Shown in pieces: positions 17,197-30,029 of a stretch of DNA of 64,000 nucleotides. A model generated the notes under the pieces. The model saw only the letters and a program-made list of their open reading frames with translations, had not been told where the DNA came from and did no database searches. The first letter of the stretch is position 1. Every line of letters starts with the position of its first letter. Origin of the DNA: Octopus vulgaris. Its lineage: Eukaryota. The stretch covers positions 2,294,001-2,358,000 of the forward strand of contig OX597820.1 of the NCBI GenBank assembly GCA_951406725.2, given 5' to 3'. A program made the position numbers and the translations under genes.

Positions 17197-17679
17197 TGAA
17201 GTTGTGTGGTGTCTGTCTCCTACGATTTAGATTCCTAACTACTCCCACATTTTGCAGTGCAGTTTAACCAAAAGCGGGTATCTTATAGTTGTGATTCATA
17301 TCGAGCCCTTCTGGGTATTAGCGCGCGTCTACGATGAGTCTACGATTTAAAAAAATTTACCATCATTTTTTTCCATTTTTAATGCATTTTTTGCTATTAT
17401 ATAAGGGAAGTAACTCTCTAAAAATGTCTACGATGAGTCTACGATTTAAAAAAAAATTTACCATCATTTTTTTCCATTTTTAATGCATTTTTTGCTATTA
17501 TATAAGGGAAGTAACTCTCTAAAAATGTCTACGATGAGTCTACGATTTAAAAAAAATTTACCATCATTTTTTCCATTTTGATGCATTTTTTTGCTATTAT
17601 ATAAGGGAAGTAAGTCTCTAAAAATGCTTATATAGTTATTTCCCTTACAAACCCGAGCAACGCCGGGCGATACTGCTAG
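17183..17679 (+). mobile_element. Non-autonomous Helitron with internal 3 x ~100 bp tandem repeat (units start 17327, 17426, 17527)
   Basis: 3' subterminal hairpin CCCGAGCAACGCCGGG followed by CTAG|T at 17676-17680; 5' end merges into (TA)n. Confidence 0.8.
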
Positions 17680-18031
17680 TATATATATAAAAGTATGTGT
17701 ATGTATGTCACAAAACACCTAAAACATAATTACTCAGTAATAGCTAATACAATAAATCTATAAACTAAATTCCTAATTGGCTGACACATAAGTACCATAA
17801 ATGAAATCTAATCTAGATCCAATTATAGTGTGTGTATGTATATATATATACATATATCCCACACTTACCTATCTACGGTGTCCAACCAAAGCTTGATGTA
17901 TTGAATGTTGTTTATTTCACTGTGAGTCCTATGATATCGTACCTGGCCAATCCTGGCGTCTTGCAATTTCATATGCCTTGATTCTTATGAATAATCCATA
18001 TAACAAAATTATATACATACATATATATATA

Positions 18032-18071
<40 letters not shown>

Positions 18072-18581
18072 TACGTATGTATGTATGTATGTATGTATGT
18101 GTGTGTATATGTATATATGTATGTATGTGTGTGTATATGTATGTATGTATGTATGTGTGTATGTATGTATGTATGTATGTATGTATGTATGTATGTATGT
18201 ATGTATGTATGTATGTATGTGTATATGTATGTATGTGTGTGTATATGTATGTATGTATGTAATTATGTATATATACATATTCAATGCAGATTTCATGATT
18301 TATTTTAAATGATTTTAAAATTCCAAATTGTTTGGTTATTTTACGAATTTCAAAGCAGTCAACCCCTGATCTTGTGTGGCCTATTACAAAGCATGCAAAT
18401 AACAAACTATTATAACCGTCTCTGCATTCTGATGATGAAACCAAGAAGATTGGGAAACGTAAATAGATTAGCGTGTGGGAATGTGTGTGTGTGTGTGTGT
18501 GTGTGTGCGTGCGTCTGTGTATGTGTGTGTGTGTGCGTATGTGCGTGCGTGCGTGCGTGTGTGTATAGAACTACATATAGA

Positions 18582-18815
18582 TTGGGTTGTCCGGAAAGTT
18601 CGTGCCGATTTTTAAAGGAAAGAAAAAGGTCAATAAATACTTGCCATTACATTTTTAATCAACCAAATATGAACCATTTCGTTGCACAATGCGTCTCCAT
18701 CTTTCCTTTAACTTGAAAATACCCTCTTCCCAGAATTGAGGTGGTTTCATGACAAAGAATTCAGCAAGGTATCTTTTAACGTCATCCAAAGAATTGAAAT
18801 TTTATCAATAAGGCT
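18582..18815 (-). mobile_element. mariner transposase C-terminal remnant with right TIR
   Basis: Minus-strand translation NFNSLDDVKRYLAEFFVMKPPQFWEEGIFKLKERWRRIVQRNGSYLVD*; TIR-like TTGGGTTGTCCGGAAAGTTCGTGCCGATTT. Confidence 0.88.
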
Positions 18816-19101
18816 TGTAAGGCATTTTTCCCTTCACGGAAAAGGAAGAGCATCAAGTGCCGAAAGTGAGCTTTCTTATCTTCCATTTTACAGGTTTACA
18901 GAATTAACACAGGTTATAGGAACATAAACCTTCTTCCACGAAAAGATAGCTTAAACTGTACTCTAAGTGGAAGTGTAGTCAAATCCTATTTTATGGACTC
19001 AACCATGTTCTAAAATAAATCGAAAGGTAAGCTACTATAAATCAGCACACCAAACATTGATTGTCAAGCGATGGTTGGGGGACAAACACCGACACACAAA
19101 C

Positions 19102-19168
<67 letters not shown>

Positions 19169-19289
19169 CGTAAAAAAATATACAAACTGGGACAAGAACG
19201 TGAAACATTTAGAAGACGACACAAAAAACACGGACGGGACATTCGAAGCCCTCAATCATCAGTCAAGAACCGGATCATCTTCGCAGAGT

Positions 19290-20383
19290 ATTCACAAAAA
19301 ACAAAACACGAAGACAGGTGGTGTAGACAACGAACGGATGTATTAGTTTAATACTCGACAAATGAAAAAGTCTTTTACGTTTCGAGCCTATGCTCTTCAA
19401 CAGAAAGGGACACAGAAAAAAACAAGGAGAGAACATAAAGAGTGTGTAGTGGCTAGTGATCTATCATAGCGAATGCCGGAAAGAGGGGTCACACACGTGA
19501 GCCAGGAAGAAGGGGAGATAATAAAGTAGTGGTGATCCCAAAACGAAGGTGCATGTGCGTGTATATAAGAGAGTATGTATGTGCGTGTGGAAGTGGGTTG
19601 GTGACCTTGACGTGTGCGTGTGTGTATGTCTAGGTATGTGGTTCTGGGGCTGGGAAGTGGTCAGTGCTAGTGTGTGCGTGGTGGTGTGATGTGATGTGGT
19701 GTTGTGTGGTATGGTGGTGTATGGTGTAGTGGTGTGTGGTGTAATCTGATGGTGTTGGGAGGTGGGGGAGGCGAGAGTGGGGAAAGCAAGGGTGGGGTGT
19801 GGGTTAGGCTGAAGGTGGGGGTAGAGGTGGGATATGTGGGTAGGCTGAGGCTGAGGATAGAGGTGGTGTATGCGGGAGTGGGTGTAAGGTATGGGATCGA
19901 TAGGGAAGGTCGGGTGGGGTTACAAAGGAGGGGTGACGATGAGGGGAAGGGAGAAGGTGGGTAGGTGTGAATAGAAGAGGGAAGGAGAGTTGGAGTGAAG
20001 AGAAGAAGTAGGAGTCGGAGCAAGAGATGAGAGGTGGGTGGAAGGAAATAGATGTGAGGGGGAGAGAGGAGACGGGAGGAGGTTAGATGAAGAGGGGAGG
20101 AGATTTGAGCCCATGTGATGCAAAGGAGCGAAGAGAGAAGATTAATCTCTGTTCACGGCGCAAACGGGAGTTCAGATGGACCCTGTGCAAGGACAACCCG
20201 AACACAGACAGGTGTTGCAAAGAGTGACCGGTAGAGCGGAAATGACGCCAGACCGGGGTGTCATTGCCGAGTCGGTTGTCTCGGAAGTGTTTCGCTAACC
20301 GGTCAGCCAAGCGACGTCCCGTTTGCCGATGTATAGAGAAGGACAGAGAGAGCATGAGATGCAGTAGATGACATTGCTATATC
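19290..20383 (-). mobile_element. 5'-truncated Penelope-like element: GIY-YIG endonuclease end, low-complexity spacer, pLTR with minimal hammerhead (19372-19407)
   Basis: SNVIYCISCSLCPSLYIG / QTGRRLADR..H..TPV.RHF..R.RREQ.LI..L (1-nt frameshift); CTTT CTGTTGA A GAGC ATAG GCTC GAAAC GTA AAAG. Confidence 0.88.
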
Positions 20384-20639
20384 TCACTCATTTACTCATT
20401 TACTTGTTTCAGTCATTTGACTGTGGCCATGCTGGAGCACCGCCTTTAGTCGAGGAAATCGACACCAGGACTTATTCTTTGTAAGCCTAGTACTTATTCT
20501 ATCGGTCTCTTTTGCCGAACCGCTATGTTACGGAGACGTAAACAAACTAGCATCGGTTGTCAAGCGATGTTGGGACGACGACAAACATACACATATATAT
20601 ATGCATATATACGACGGGCTTATATATATATATATATAT

Positions 20640-21320
20640 AAAAGTTGAGTTGTGGGGTATCGCACGAGTGGGATTATATAAGAAAAAAGGTTTGAAAATG
20701 CAATTTAAACGATGTTTATTTACTTAACCGGTTTCACTCTTTGGTAAAAGATTGTCAAAAGTAACATTAAAAGTAACATTGAATAATATGGGTTCAAAAA
20801 AGTTTTTTACATAATTGTCACATTGAATATTATGAATTCAAAAATGTTTTTTTATACATAATTGTCACATTACATGTATAAATATAGTGTTTGGTAACAA
20901 AGAAGTTCAATAGTGTGATGAGAATATTTGGAAAAATTGGCAGAAAAGGATAAAACAAATATATTATTGGAAATTTGGTTGCGTTAATTATTGGTTGTTG
21001 CAAATTGTCACATTACATGTATATATATACAGTCTTTGGTATATATATACAGTCTTTGGTATATATATACAGCCTTTTGACAGCAAAAATTAAAATGGAT
21101 TTTTTATACATCTCAGAATATTTTAAGTTGAAGGCGAGAATATGTTGTTACTGACCTGTTTGTTTTAGCAGAAAGGTTGAATTGAGAGAAAAAAGGTTGT
21201 ACCCAGTGTGGTGTATACTTCCCCTTCAAGCATCAATGGTTTTGGGGTTATCAGGAGGTTAGTATGTGGGTGTGAATAGATGTGTCCGTGCCTGCTGGTC
21301 AAGCAGCGTCTGTTTGTCAC

Positions 21321-21351
<31 letters not shown>

Positions 21352-22086
21352 TAGTATACAAACACACACCACATACACACAACACACACACACACAGAAC
21401 ACACACACACACACACAACGTACCCACATATATAATATATACACACAACACACAAATATAACATGTATTTATATATAATATACACACATATATATAACAC
21501 ACAACACACACACACACACACACACAACACGCACACATCCATAAATAATATAAATATCACACAAATACACCTAGCATATATATACACATACAATATACAA
21601 ATACAGCATGTAAGTAATACACATACACAATATATGCATGCAATATACGTACGCAATACATACATATAATATATATATATATAGACAATGCATATACATA
21701 TATACATGTATACATATAAATAGTGTTTACATACACATACATAGATATACCACATATACACACAATATACATACATACAATGCATACACATACACGTACG
21801 CATACATATAATATATATAAACACACACACACATAACATACATACACAATGCATACATATATATACACGCAATGCATATACATGTATTCATGCACATATG
21901 GCACACCTACAATATACATATATACAATGCACACATACACACACATATATACACTTAATTGTACACATACATATACAATACACATACATACAATATACAT
22001 ATACACAATGCGCATGCAAATAATGCACATGTTTATACACGCATAAACATGCAAATAAATATACACACACACACATATACATACAC

Positions 22087-22132
<46 letters not shown>

Positions 22133-23362
22133 ATACATACATACATGCACATACATATATTTTTTCACACACATACACACACATATATATATAAAAAATT
22201 CACACACACACCCACACACAAATTACAAACCTATAGCATACACACTCAAATATATCTCTACATACCGCACACACACACAAACAATGTACTCACATATACA
22301 CACATACCATGCATATACACACACAACACTCACACACATATATATATATATATAAAAACAAATACACATGTAAATACATACACACGTATACAATGCTCAC
22401 ACACACACACACACACACACTGTGGTGTTGTCCGAGCATTGGTATAGTGGAAAGACTAAGAATTTGGGGGACTTATTGTGTGCACAAAGGTCTAAGTGTC
22501 CACTTAGTGGTATCTGTCTTGTGGAGGGGTCCCTCAGTTGTTGTCGGTGAACTGTCATTCTTTCTCTGAGGGTAAGGCTCGTTTGCCCTATGTAGTCTTC
22601 GTGGCATCCTTCACACCTTATGACGTAGAGTAAATTTTTTGATGCGTACGTGAAATTATTTTTTATGATGAATGTGTGTCCCGAGTGGAACTTGTACGAC
22701 GATCCCTCAATGAGGTGGATGTAGGTCTTGCAGTTGGGGCAGTTGTGTGTGTGTGTGTGTATATATGTGTGTGACAAACAGACGCTGCTTGACCAGCAGG
22801 CACGGACACATCTATTCACACCCACATACTAACCTCCTGATAACCCCAAAACCATTGATGCTTGAAGGGGAAGTATACACCACACTGGGTACAACCTTTT
22901 TCTCTCAATTCAACCTTTCTGCTAAAACAAACAGGTCAGTAACAACATATTCTCGCCTTCAACTTAAAATATTCTGAGATGTATAAAAAATCCATTTTAA
23001 TTTTTGCTGTCAAAAGGCTGTATATATATACCAAAGACTGTATATATATACATGTAATGTGACAATTTGCAACAACCAATAATTAACGCAACCAAATTTC
23101 CAATAATATATTTGTTTTATCCTTTTCTGCCAATTTTTCCAAATATTCTCATCACACTATTGAACTTCTTTGTTACCAAACACTATATTTATACATGTAA
23201 TGTGACAATTTTGTATAAAAAAACATTTTTGAATTCATAATATCCAATGTGACAATTATGTAAAAAACTTTTTTGAATGCATAATATTCAATGTTACTTT
23301 TAATGTTACTTTTGAAAATCTTTTACCAAACATCGTTTAAATTGCATTTTCAAACCTTTTTT

Positions 23363-23370
<8 letters not shown>
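20640..23370 (-). mobile_element. Penelope-like element with inverted pseudo-LTRs (~20676-21345 and ~22745-23370) and GIY-YIG fragment (22418-22745)
   Basis: NCPNCKTY..FTYASKNLLYVIRCEGCHEDYIGQTSLTLRERMTVHRQQ..LSGHLDLC; ~620 bp near-identical inverted repeat; hammerhead in the left copy. Confidence 0.9.
20720..20764 (-). ncRNA. Minimal type I hammerhead ribozyme motif, U3-A8 variant, in PLE pLTR
   Basis: TTACTT|TTGACAA|TCTTT TACC AAAGA GT|GAAAC CG GT T|AAGTAA: perfect 6-bp stem I, stem II, palindromic stem III. Confidence 0.7.
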
Positions 23371-23403
<33 letters not shown>

Positions 23404-23565
23404 GACGGTATTCTTTCGGTTTCCGTCTACCAAATCCACTCACAAGGCTTTGGTCAGCCCAAGGCTATAGTAGAAGACACTTGCCCAAGGTGTCACTCAG
23501 TGGGACTGAACCCGGAACTATGTGGTTGTTAAGTAAGCTACTTACCACACAGCCACTCCTGCGCC

Positions 23566-23607
<42 letters not shown>

Positions 23608-24039
23608 AATAGATGTGTATATACATATATACATGGATATACGCGCACACACACACTCACATAAACAAACACATACATCGTTACAAACATGCAGAGCGAT
23701 AGGTATATCGACAGACAGGCAGGCGGACAGCAATGATTACACAGCTAACATACAGATCGTGAAACAAGTACTAACATTCTTAATTAAATAACTTTAATTA
23801 ATTGCGGCAATACATGCTGCAAGGAGAGGTAAACATTGATTGACAACCTTTAATGAAACCTAACAAACGTAAGGGTGACAACTCCAATTCACAGACGCCT
23901 TTTTGTTTATGATTCGACGCACCGGGGAGTCCCAATATATTACGATAGTAACCATTATTAAGTGGAAGGGAAGAATAATTTGAATTTTAGCAGACGTAAT
24001 GGCGACCCCAGTTATGTTTAGGCACTGAGAGCAACGTCG

Positions 24040-24190
24040 TGGCACTCCGTCGGTTGCGACGACGAGGGTTCCAGTTGATCCGATCAACGGAATTCCCTGC
24101 TTGTGAAATTCATTTGCAAGTGGCTGAGCACTCCACAGACACGTGTACCATTAACGCAGTTCTCAGGGAGGTTCAGCATGACACAGAGTG
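24040..24190 (+). mobile_element. Interspersed repeat family C (second copy ~52826-52933, minus)
   Basis: CTCCGTCGGTTGCGACGACGAGGGTTC..GATCCGATCAACGGAA..GCAAGTGGCTGAGCACTC present twice. Confidence 0.7.
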
Positions 24191-24234
24191 TGCATTTGTA
24201 TACGTACATATTTATTTTAAATCGGTAGAACTTA

Positions 24235-24323
24235 AAGAGTGACTCGAGGACGGAAAGTTTCGTGCACTGGCACATATTTGTTAAGTGCCAACGCACGAAA
24301 CCTTTTTGCTTTGAGTCACTCTG
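24235..24323. mobile_element. Tiny Tc1/mariner-type MITE related to 31848-31919
   Basis: AGAGTGACTCGAGG ... CTTTGAGTCACTCTG-TA inverted ends. Confidence 0.55.
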
Positions 24324-24403
24324 TAAATTCTGCCGATTAAATAATAAAAATATATTCCTATTCATGCTTTGAGCTCTGTTTTCCTGTTTGTATCACCATA
24401 CCT

Positions 24404-24442
<39 letters not shown>

Positions 24443-24479
24443 AGTGTAGGTGTGGATGTGTGTGCACATACGTATACAT

Positions 24480-24532
<53 letters not shown>

Positions 24533-24715
24533 TCCTCTCGAAATATATATATATATATAATGCAATACATGTATGTATGTATATGTGTCCGTATCTGCAT
24601 GCTTGTATGTGTACGTATATTTGTATGCGTGTGTATGTGTGCATTTGGGCGTGTGTGTGTGGCAGTTTGCTCTGCCCGACCTCTTCCTCTAATTCAAAGG
24701 TAAACAAACAAATTG

Positions 24716-24760
<45 letters not shown>

Positions 24761-24912
24761 TGCAACACTAATAACAATGGTGGTAATATCTATGGAAGTC
24801 AATAACGACCGTTTCAGTTGAGAGCGAAGACTGCAGCAACACTCGAAAGAAGTGATAAGACGGACAGGTGCACGCTGAACCCCGACTAAATAAACAGCCA
24901 CTCACAACTAGT

Positions 24913-24974
<62 letters not shown>

Positions 24975-25243
24975 CACACACGCACACACACACACATGTA
25001 TTTATAAACATACATAGACGTGTGAGTGTGTGTCCATTTCTTGCGAGCTGAAGCATGCCTCCGCCTCGGCCGCTACTCTGGATTCTGTGACCACTCACTC
25101 CGGGACGAATATAATTAATCGATAATAATAACCGGATGATTATTCATTGTCGATAAACAGTTTGAAACACTCCCCACACGCAACTATTTTTGATTACAAT
25201 ATCTCTTTGATAACATTATCTGTGAGCAGAGCATGTACAGTAC

Positions 25244-25298
<55 letters not shown>

Positions 25299-25306
25299 TA
25301 TGTATG

Positions 25307-25381
<75 letters not shown>

Positions 25382-25516
25382 ATGTATATATATACACACA
25401 TATATATATACTCAAATAAATTTGTACAGCACACATACGTATAAATATATATGCGTATGTGTGTGCGTATGTATATGTATTGTATATATATAGGGAGAGA
25501 GAGGATTGCATATATA

Positions 25517-25549
<33 letters not shown>

Positions 25550-25956
25550 GCATGTATATGCATACATACACACATACATACACACATGCACACACATGCA
25601 GGCATATGTATGTATGTCTCAATAAACCGGGGAGGGGTGTCTGTCTGGATATTGCAACTACCCAGGAGAGGCAAAACATCGTTTTCTGGTCGCTTCTCCA
25701 TCGAAGGTCAGATTTTTTTTTCCTCGTCCAAAGAAATCGATATCACGTTCTGTGCCTCGCTGCTTCCGGTAACAATTCCCGCCACTTTCGGTGAGATACC
25801 GAAGCACGAGACCGGTATGGCGTCCGATTCTCCTGGTAACCATTTCATTGAGTCAGCACTGGCCGGGGATAATTAGGGATGATTAGTTATGGGCATGTGC
25901 GGGTGTGCACACGCACACACACACACACACACAAATGCACACATGCACACATGCGC

Positions 25957-26005
<49 letters not shown>

Positions 26006-26099
26006 TACACACATACACATACGAATGTACATATATGTATATAAATATATATATGTATATATATATAGAGAGAGAGATCTATATATCTATGTATCTGTC

Positions 26100-26139
<40 letters not shown>

Positions 26140-26290
26140 TATATAGATAGATAGATAGATAGATAGATAGATTGATAAATCTCTATTGTATTTCTCTATA
26201 TATGAATATGTATGTATATATATATATATATATATACATACATGCATATACATACATATACATATATATATATACATATATATATATACA

Positions 26291-26349
<59 letters not shown>

Positions 26350-26402
26350 GTACATATACATATACATATATATGTGTACATATACATATACATATATATT
26401 AC

Positions 26403-26470
<68 letters not shown>

Positions 26471-26695
26471 TGTATATGTATATATTTCTGTGTGTGTGCG
26501 TATGAGTGCTCGTATGTTAATACAGAGGCTTTTCCCAGTGACTAACAGACAGACCATGTAACACAAGCCGTCATTGCTTTCTCTCTCCCAAGAAAACCTG
26601 GTCTTTAGGGAACTCTGATGGATAGACAGACAGGCAGACAGGCAGGCAGAGAGGTAGATAGACAGATAGATAGATAGACAGGTAGGTAGATAGAC

Positions 26696-26750
<55 letters not shown>

Positions 26751-26771
26751 CAGATAGATAGACAGACAAAC

Positions 26772-26837
<66 letters not shown>

Positions 26838-26889
26838 GACAATAACAACAGCCATTATGACCGCTACCCCCCACGCTTCCTACCTTTTC

Positions 26890-27394
26890 GTTAACATTAT
26901 CATCATCACTACCACCACAACCACCACCACCAACGTCTTTTGCCCCCCCTTCTCATTAACATCATCATCGCCACCATCATCATTATCATCACTAACACAT
27001 CCACCACCACTACCATCTCGGTACCCTTTTTCTTGTCATCGTCATCATCACCATCATCACCATCACCATCATGTTCGTCATCATCATCGTCACCATCATC
27101 AATAATACCACCTTCACCACCGCGATCATCGCCTTCATCGCCACCATCATCCCGTCATCGTCGTCATCGTTGTCTTTGTTCTTGTTGTCATCGCATTCTT
27201 TCCTTTCTTGGTCCCACTTGCTTTATGCCCACTAAATATATCTCTCGACAAACGATGCAGGTAAACCTAACCCTAACCCTGACCCTGAATGCATCAGCTC
27301 CGAAATGCCCTAATCTGGCTGACCAACCTAATTATTTAACCGGGCGTGCAAGAATACCTTTGTGCCAAATTCCACTTCCAACACATTCCAACGA

Positions 27395-27431
<37 letters not shown>

Positions 27432-27517
27432 GTCTTGGTCGTCGCCGCCATCGACTTTGTCAACATCAGCATCGTCATCACCACCACCACCACCACCACC
27501 ATCATCGTCGTTGTCAA

Positions 27518-27564
<47 letters not shown>

Positions 27565-27898
27565 CCACCACCGCCATCACTATCACAATAATAATAATAA
27601 TGATGATGATAATGATGATGATGGTAAGTTCATCGTATACAATGCTCAGGTGCACTACATCATCACCATCATCCTCTTCCTCCTCCTCCTCCTCATCATC
27701 ATCATCATCAACAACACCATCTTCGTCATTACCATCAGCAATAACAACATCAACAACAACAACAGCGGCAGCGACGCTAACCGACGAAGAAGCAGAATAA
27801 AAACGGTTCGAGTAGTCTTGGAGAAGCCGAGGCGGAAATGGTGACAGCACCGACGGCGGCAGCATGAGTAATAAGAGGCGAGGCGGCGGCAAACCGGT

Positions 27899-27948
<50 letters not shown>

Positions 27949-28015
27949 GGTGGTGGTGGTGGTGGTGGTAGTAGTAGTAGTAATAGTAGTAGTGGTGGTG
28001 GTGGTGGTGGTGGTG

Positions 28016-28059
<44 letters not shown>

Positions 28060-28084
28060 GGTGGTGGCGGTGGTGGTGGTGGTT

Positions 28085-28123
<39 letters not shown>

Positions 28124-28147
28124 ATAGTAGTAGTGGTGGTGGTGGTG

Positions 28148-28200
<53 letters not shown>

Positions 28201-28206
28201 GGTGGC

Positions 28207-28251
<45 letters not shown>

Positions 28252-28252
28252 G

Positions 28253-28299
<47 letters not shown>

Positions 28300-28437
28300 G
28301 GTAGTAGTAGCGGCAGCGGTATTATTATTATTATCATTATTATTTGTAGTAGTAGTAGTAACAACAACAACTATAAAACATTTGAAATATCTGCAATGGT
28401 AGCAGCCTGTCACATAATTTAGTTGTAGCAGCAGTAG

Positions 28438-28488
<51 letters not shown>

Positions 28489-28497
28489 TAGTAGTAG
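26890..28497. repeat. Compound trinucleotide repeat field (CAT/CAC/AAT/CAG/GTA/GTG) upstream of the promoter
   Basis: Directly visible; source of the poly-H/V/T/L ORFs. Confidence 0.9.
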
Positions 28498-28544
28498 ATT
28501 TAATCAAGTTTAGTTCTGAAGGGGGATTCTTCGCCGGTTGAGTG

Positions 28545-28805
28545 AAAAGAGAAAAAAAGGGAGAGAGAAAGAGAGAGAGAGGGGAAAGAGAGAGAGACGG
28601 ATAGGGAGAGGAAGAGAAAAAGAAGGAGAGAGAGAGAGCGAAGATAAAGAAGAGCAAACAGCAAGAAAGAGAGAGGAAGAGCACTGAAGACCCTACAGTT
28701 ATCAGAAGCCCAGAGAGAGGGAGAGAATTTGAGAGAGAGAAAGGAAGAGAAGGAGAGCGAGAGAGGGAGAGGGAGAGGGAGAGAAAGGAAGAGAGAGTCA
28801 GTTGT
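28545..28805 (+). promoter_or_regulatory. Putative Pol II core promoter: GA-rich tract ending in Inr-like TCAGTT (28798-28803)
   Basis: The purine tract stops exactly at TCAGTT, followed by CpG-richer unique sequence and a good donor ~300 nt downstream. Confidence 0.55.
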
Positions 28806-29106
28806 TTAAAGTAGTTTGTTTGTGGCGCACCGAGAGTGACCGCGTGAGGCCGGCAAAGCAGAGCGGCACGGTGCGACTTGGGGGAAACACCAGACCGAGG
28901 AAGGTGTCTTCTATCTCTTTTGCTCAACCATCAACATCAACAACAACAACATCAACATCAACAACAACAGCATCAGCAATAAACTCATTGGAGCAACCGA
29001 TGAGGCATCGTTCGGGAGCTGTAACAACGGTTTCATTCCGATCACAAAACAACAAAACCTTGATCAGCTTTACAAACACCACAACAAAACACAAACACCG
29101 AACACG
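28800..29106 (+). other. Putative first (5' UTR) exon, containing an upstream ORF from ATG 29000
   Basis: ACG|GTAAGA donor at 29107; unique sequence between Inr and donor; AT-rich intron-like sequence follows. Confidence 0.6.
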
Positions 29107-29814
29107 GTAAGAGCTGCTGTGAATCGGGGATTAATACATTCAATAACATATTGATACATTCATTTCGATATAAGCACATTTATTCAACATATAAACACAC
29201 ACACACATGTATAGACTGCTATAATCTCTCCTACGACATATTACGCACCACACGCACACATTTTTCTTATATATATATATAAAAAAGAAAGCATTTAATA
29301 CACGTAGGATATAATTTATACATAATAATATATGTCGTTTTATATATAGGAGGAACTATACAAAATTGTGAAAAAAAGAATATTTGGGGGAAAAACATGT
29401 GAAACAAATTGCGATTAATTATCTGCTAATTAAATCAATGTTGTTGATTGACTCATACATACAACATACAAAGATTGCTTTAAGTGACAGAAGTTGGAAA
29501 TAAAAAACATGTCATTAAGTTTCCTCGTCCTCCAGATATGCGCATCCACATAGACACATAAAGCACCAATATACACATAACATACATACACACAATATAT
29601 ATATATATATACACATATAAACACACACAAATACACACACACACGCATATACATAAATAATATACATACATATTTATATTTATATCTACGTAAAGATATT
29701 TCTACATCTATATTCTTATACTTTCATATATTTCATACAATAATTAATATCATTACCACATACTAATTAAAAGGAACATTATAATTTATATTGAGACAGT
29801 TGAAGATTGTTACC

Positions 29815-29880
29815 ATGCCTGGACAAATACTATTCATCTTGTTCTTCCTCCTGTCGGTATCTTCCTATTTTCCTCTTAAG
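29815..29880 (+). CDS. First coding exon of a secreted or membrane protein: MPGQILFILFFLLSVSSYFPLK (signal-peptide-like), phase-0 intron follows; product unidentified
   Basis: Branch-like TACTAAT 29761, acceptor CAG 29797-29799, TTACCATG start context, hydrophobic core ILFILFFLL, consensus donor AAG|GTGAGT at 29881. Confidence 0.72.
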
Positions 29881-30029
29881 GTGAGTCTATTTCAACTTAA
29901 TTACAAGTCCCTTTTTTTCTTTCCGTCGAATATATAATAATAATAATTTAAGGTGTGACCCCTGTGTATGTGAATGCGTATGTGTGTGTTTGTGGGTGGG
30001 AATATGTGTTTATGGGTGTAATAAATACG

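Larger units (their letters stand above)
20385..23565 (-). mobile_element. SINE family A split by a ~2.7 kb PLE insertion (3' body 20385-20620; head 23400-23565)
   Basis: The two halves are complementary parts of the family consensus on the same strand. Confidence 0.8.

Noticed and set aside
17327-17625. CRISPR-like repeat array
   Set aside because: Contiguous ~100-bp tandem units without unique spacers, inside a Helitron in eukaryotic DNA; no cas genes.
26940-28413. Poly-His/Thr/Val/Leu ORFs up to 286 aa
   Set aside because: Open in several frames on both strands because of trinucleotide repeats; no recognisable domain or coherent start.
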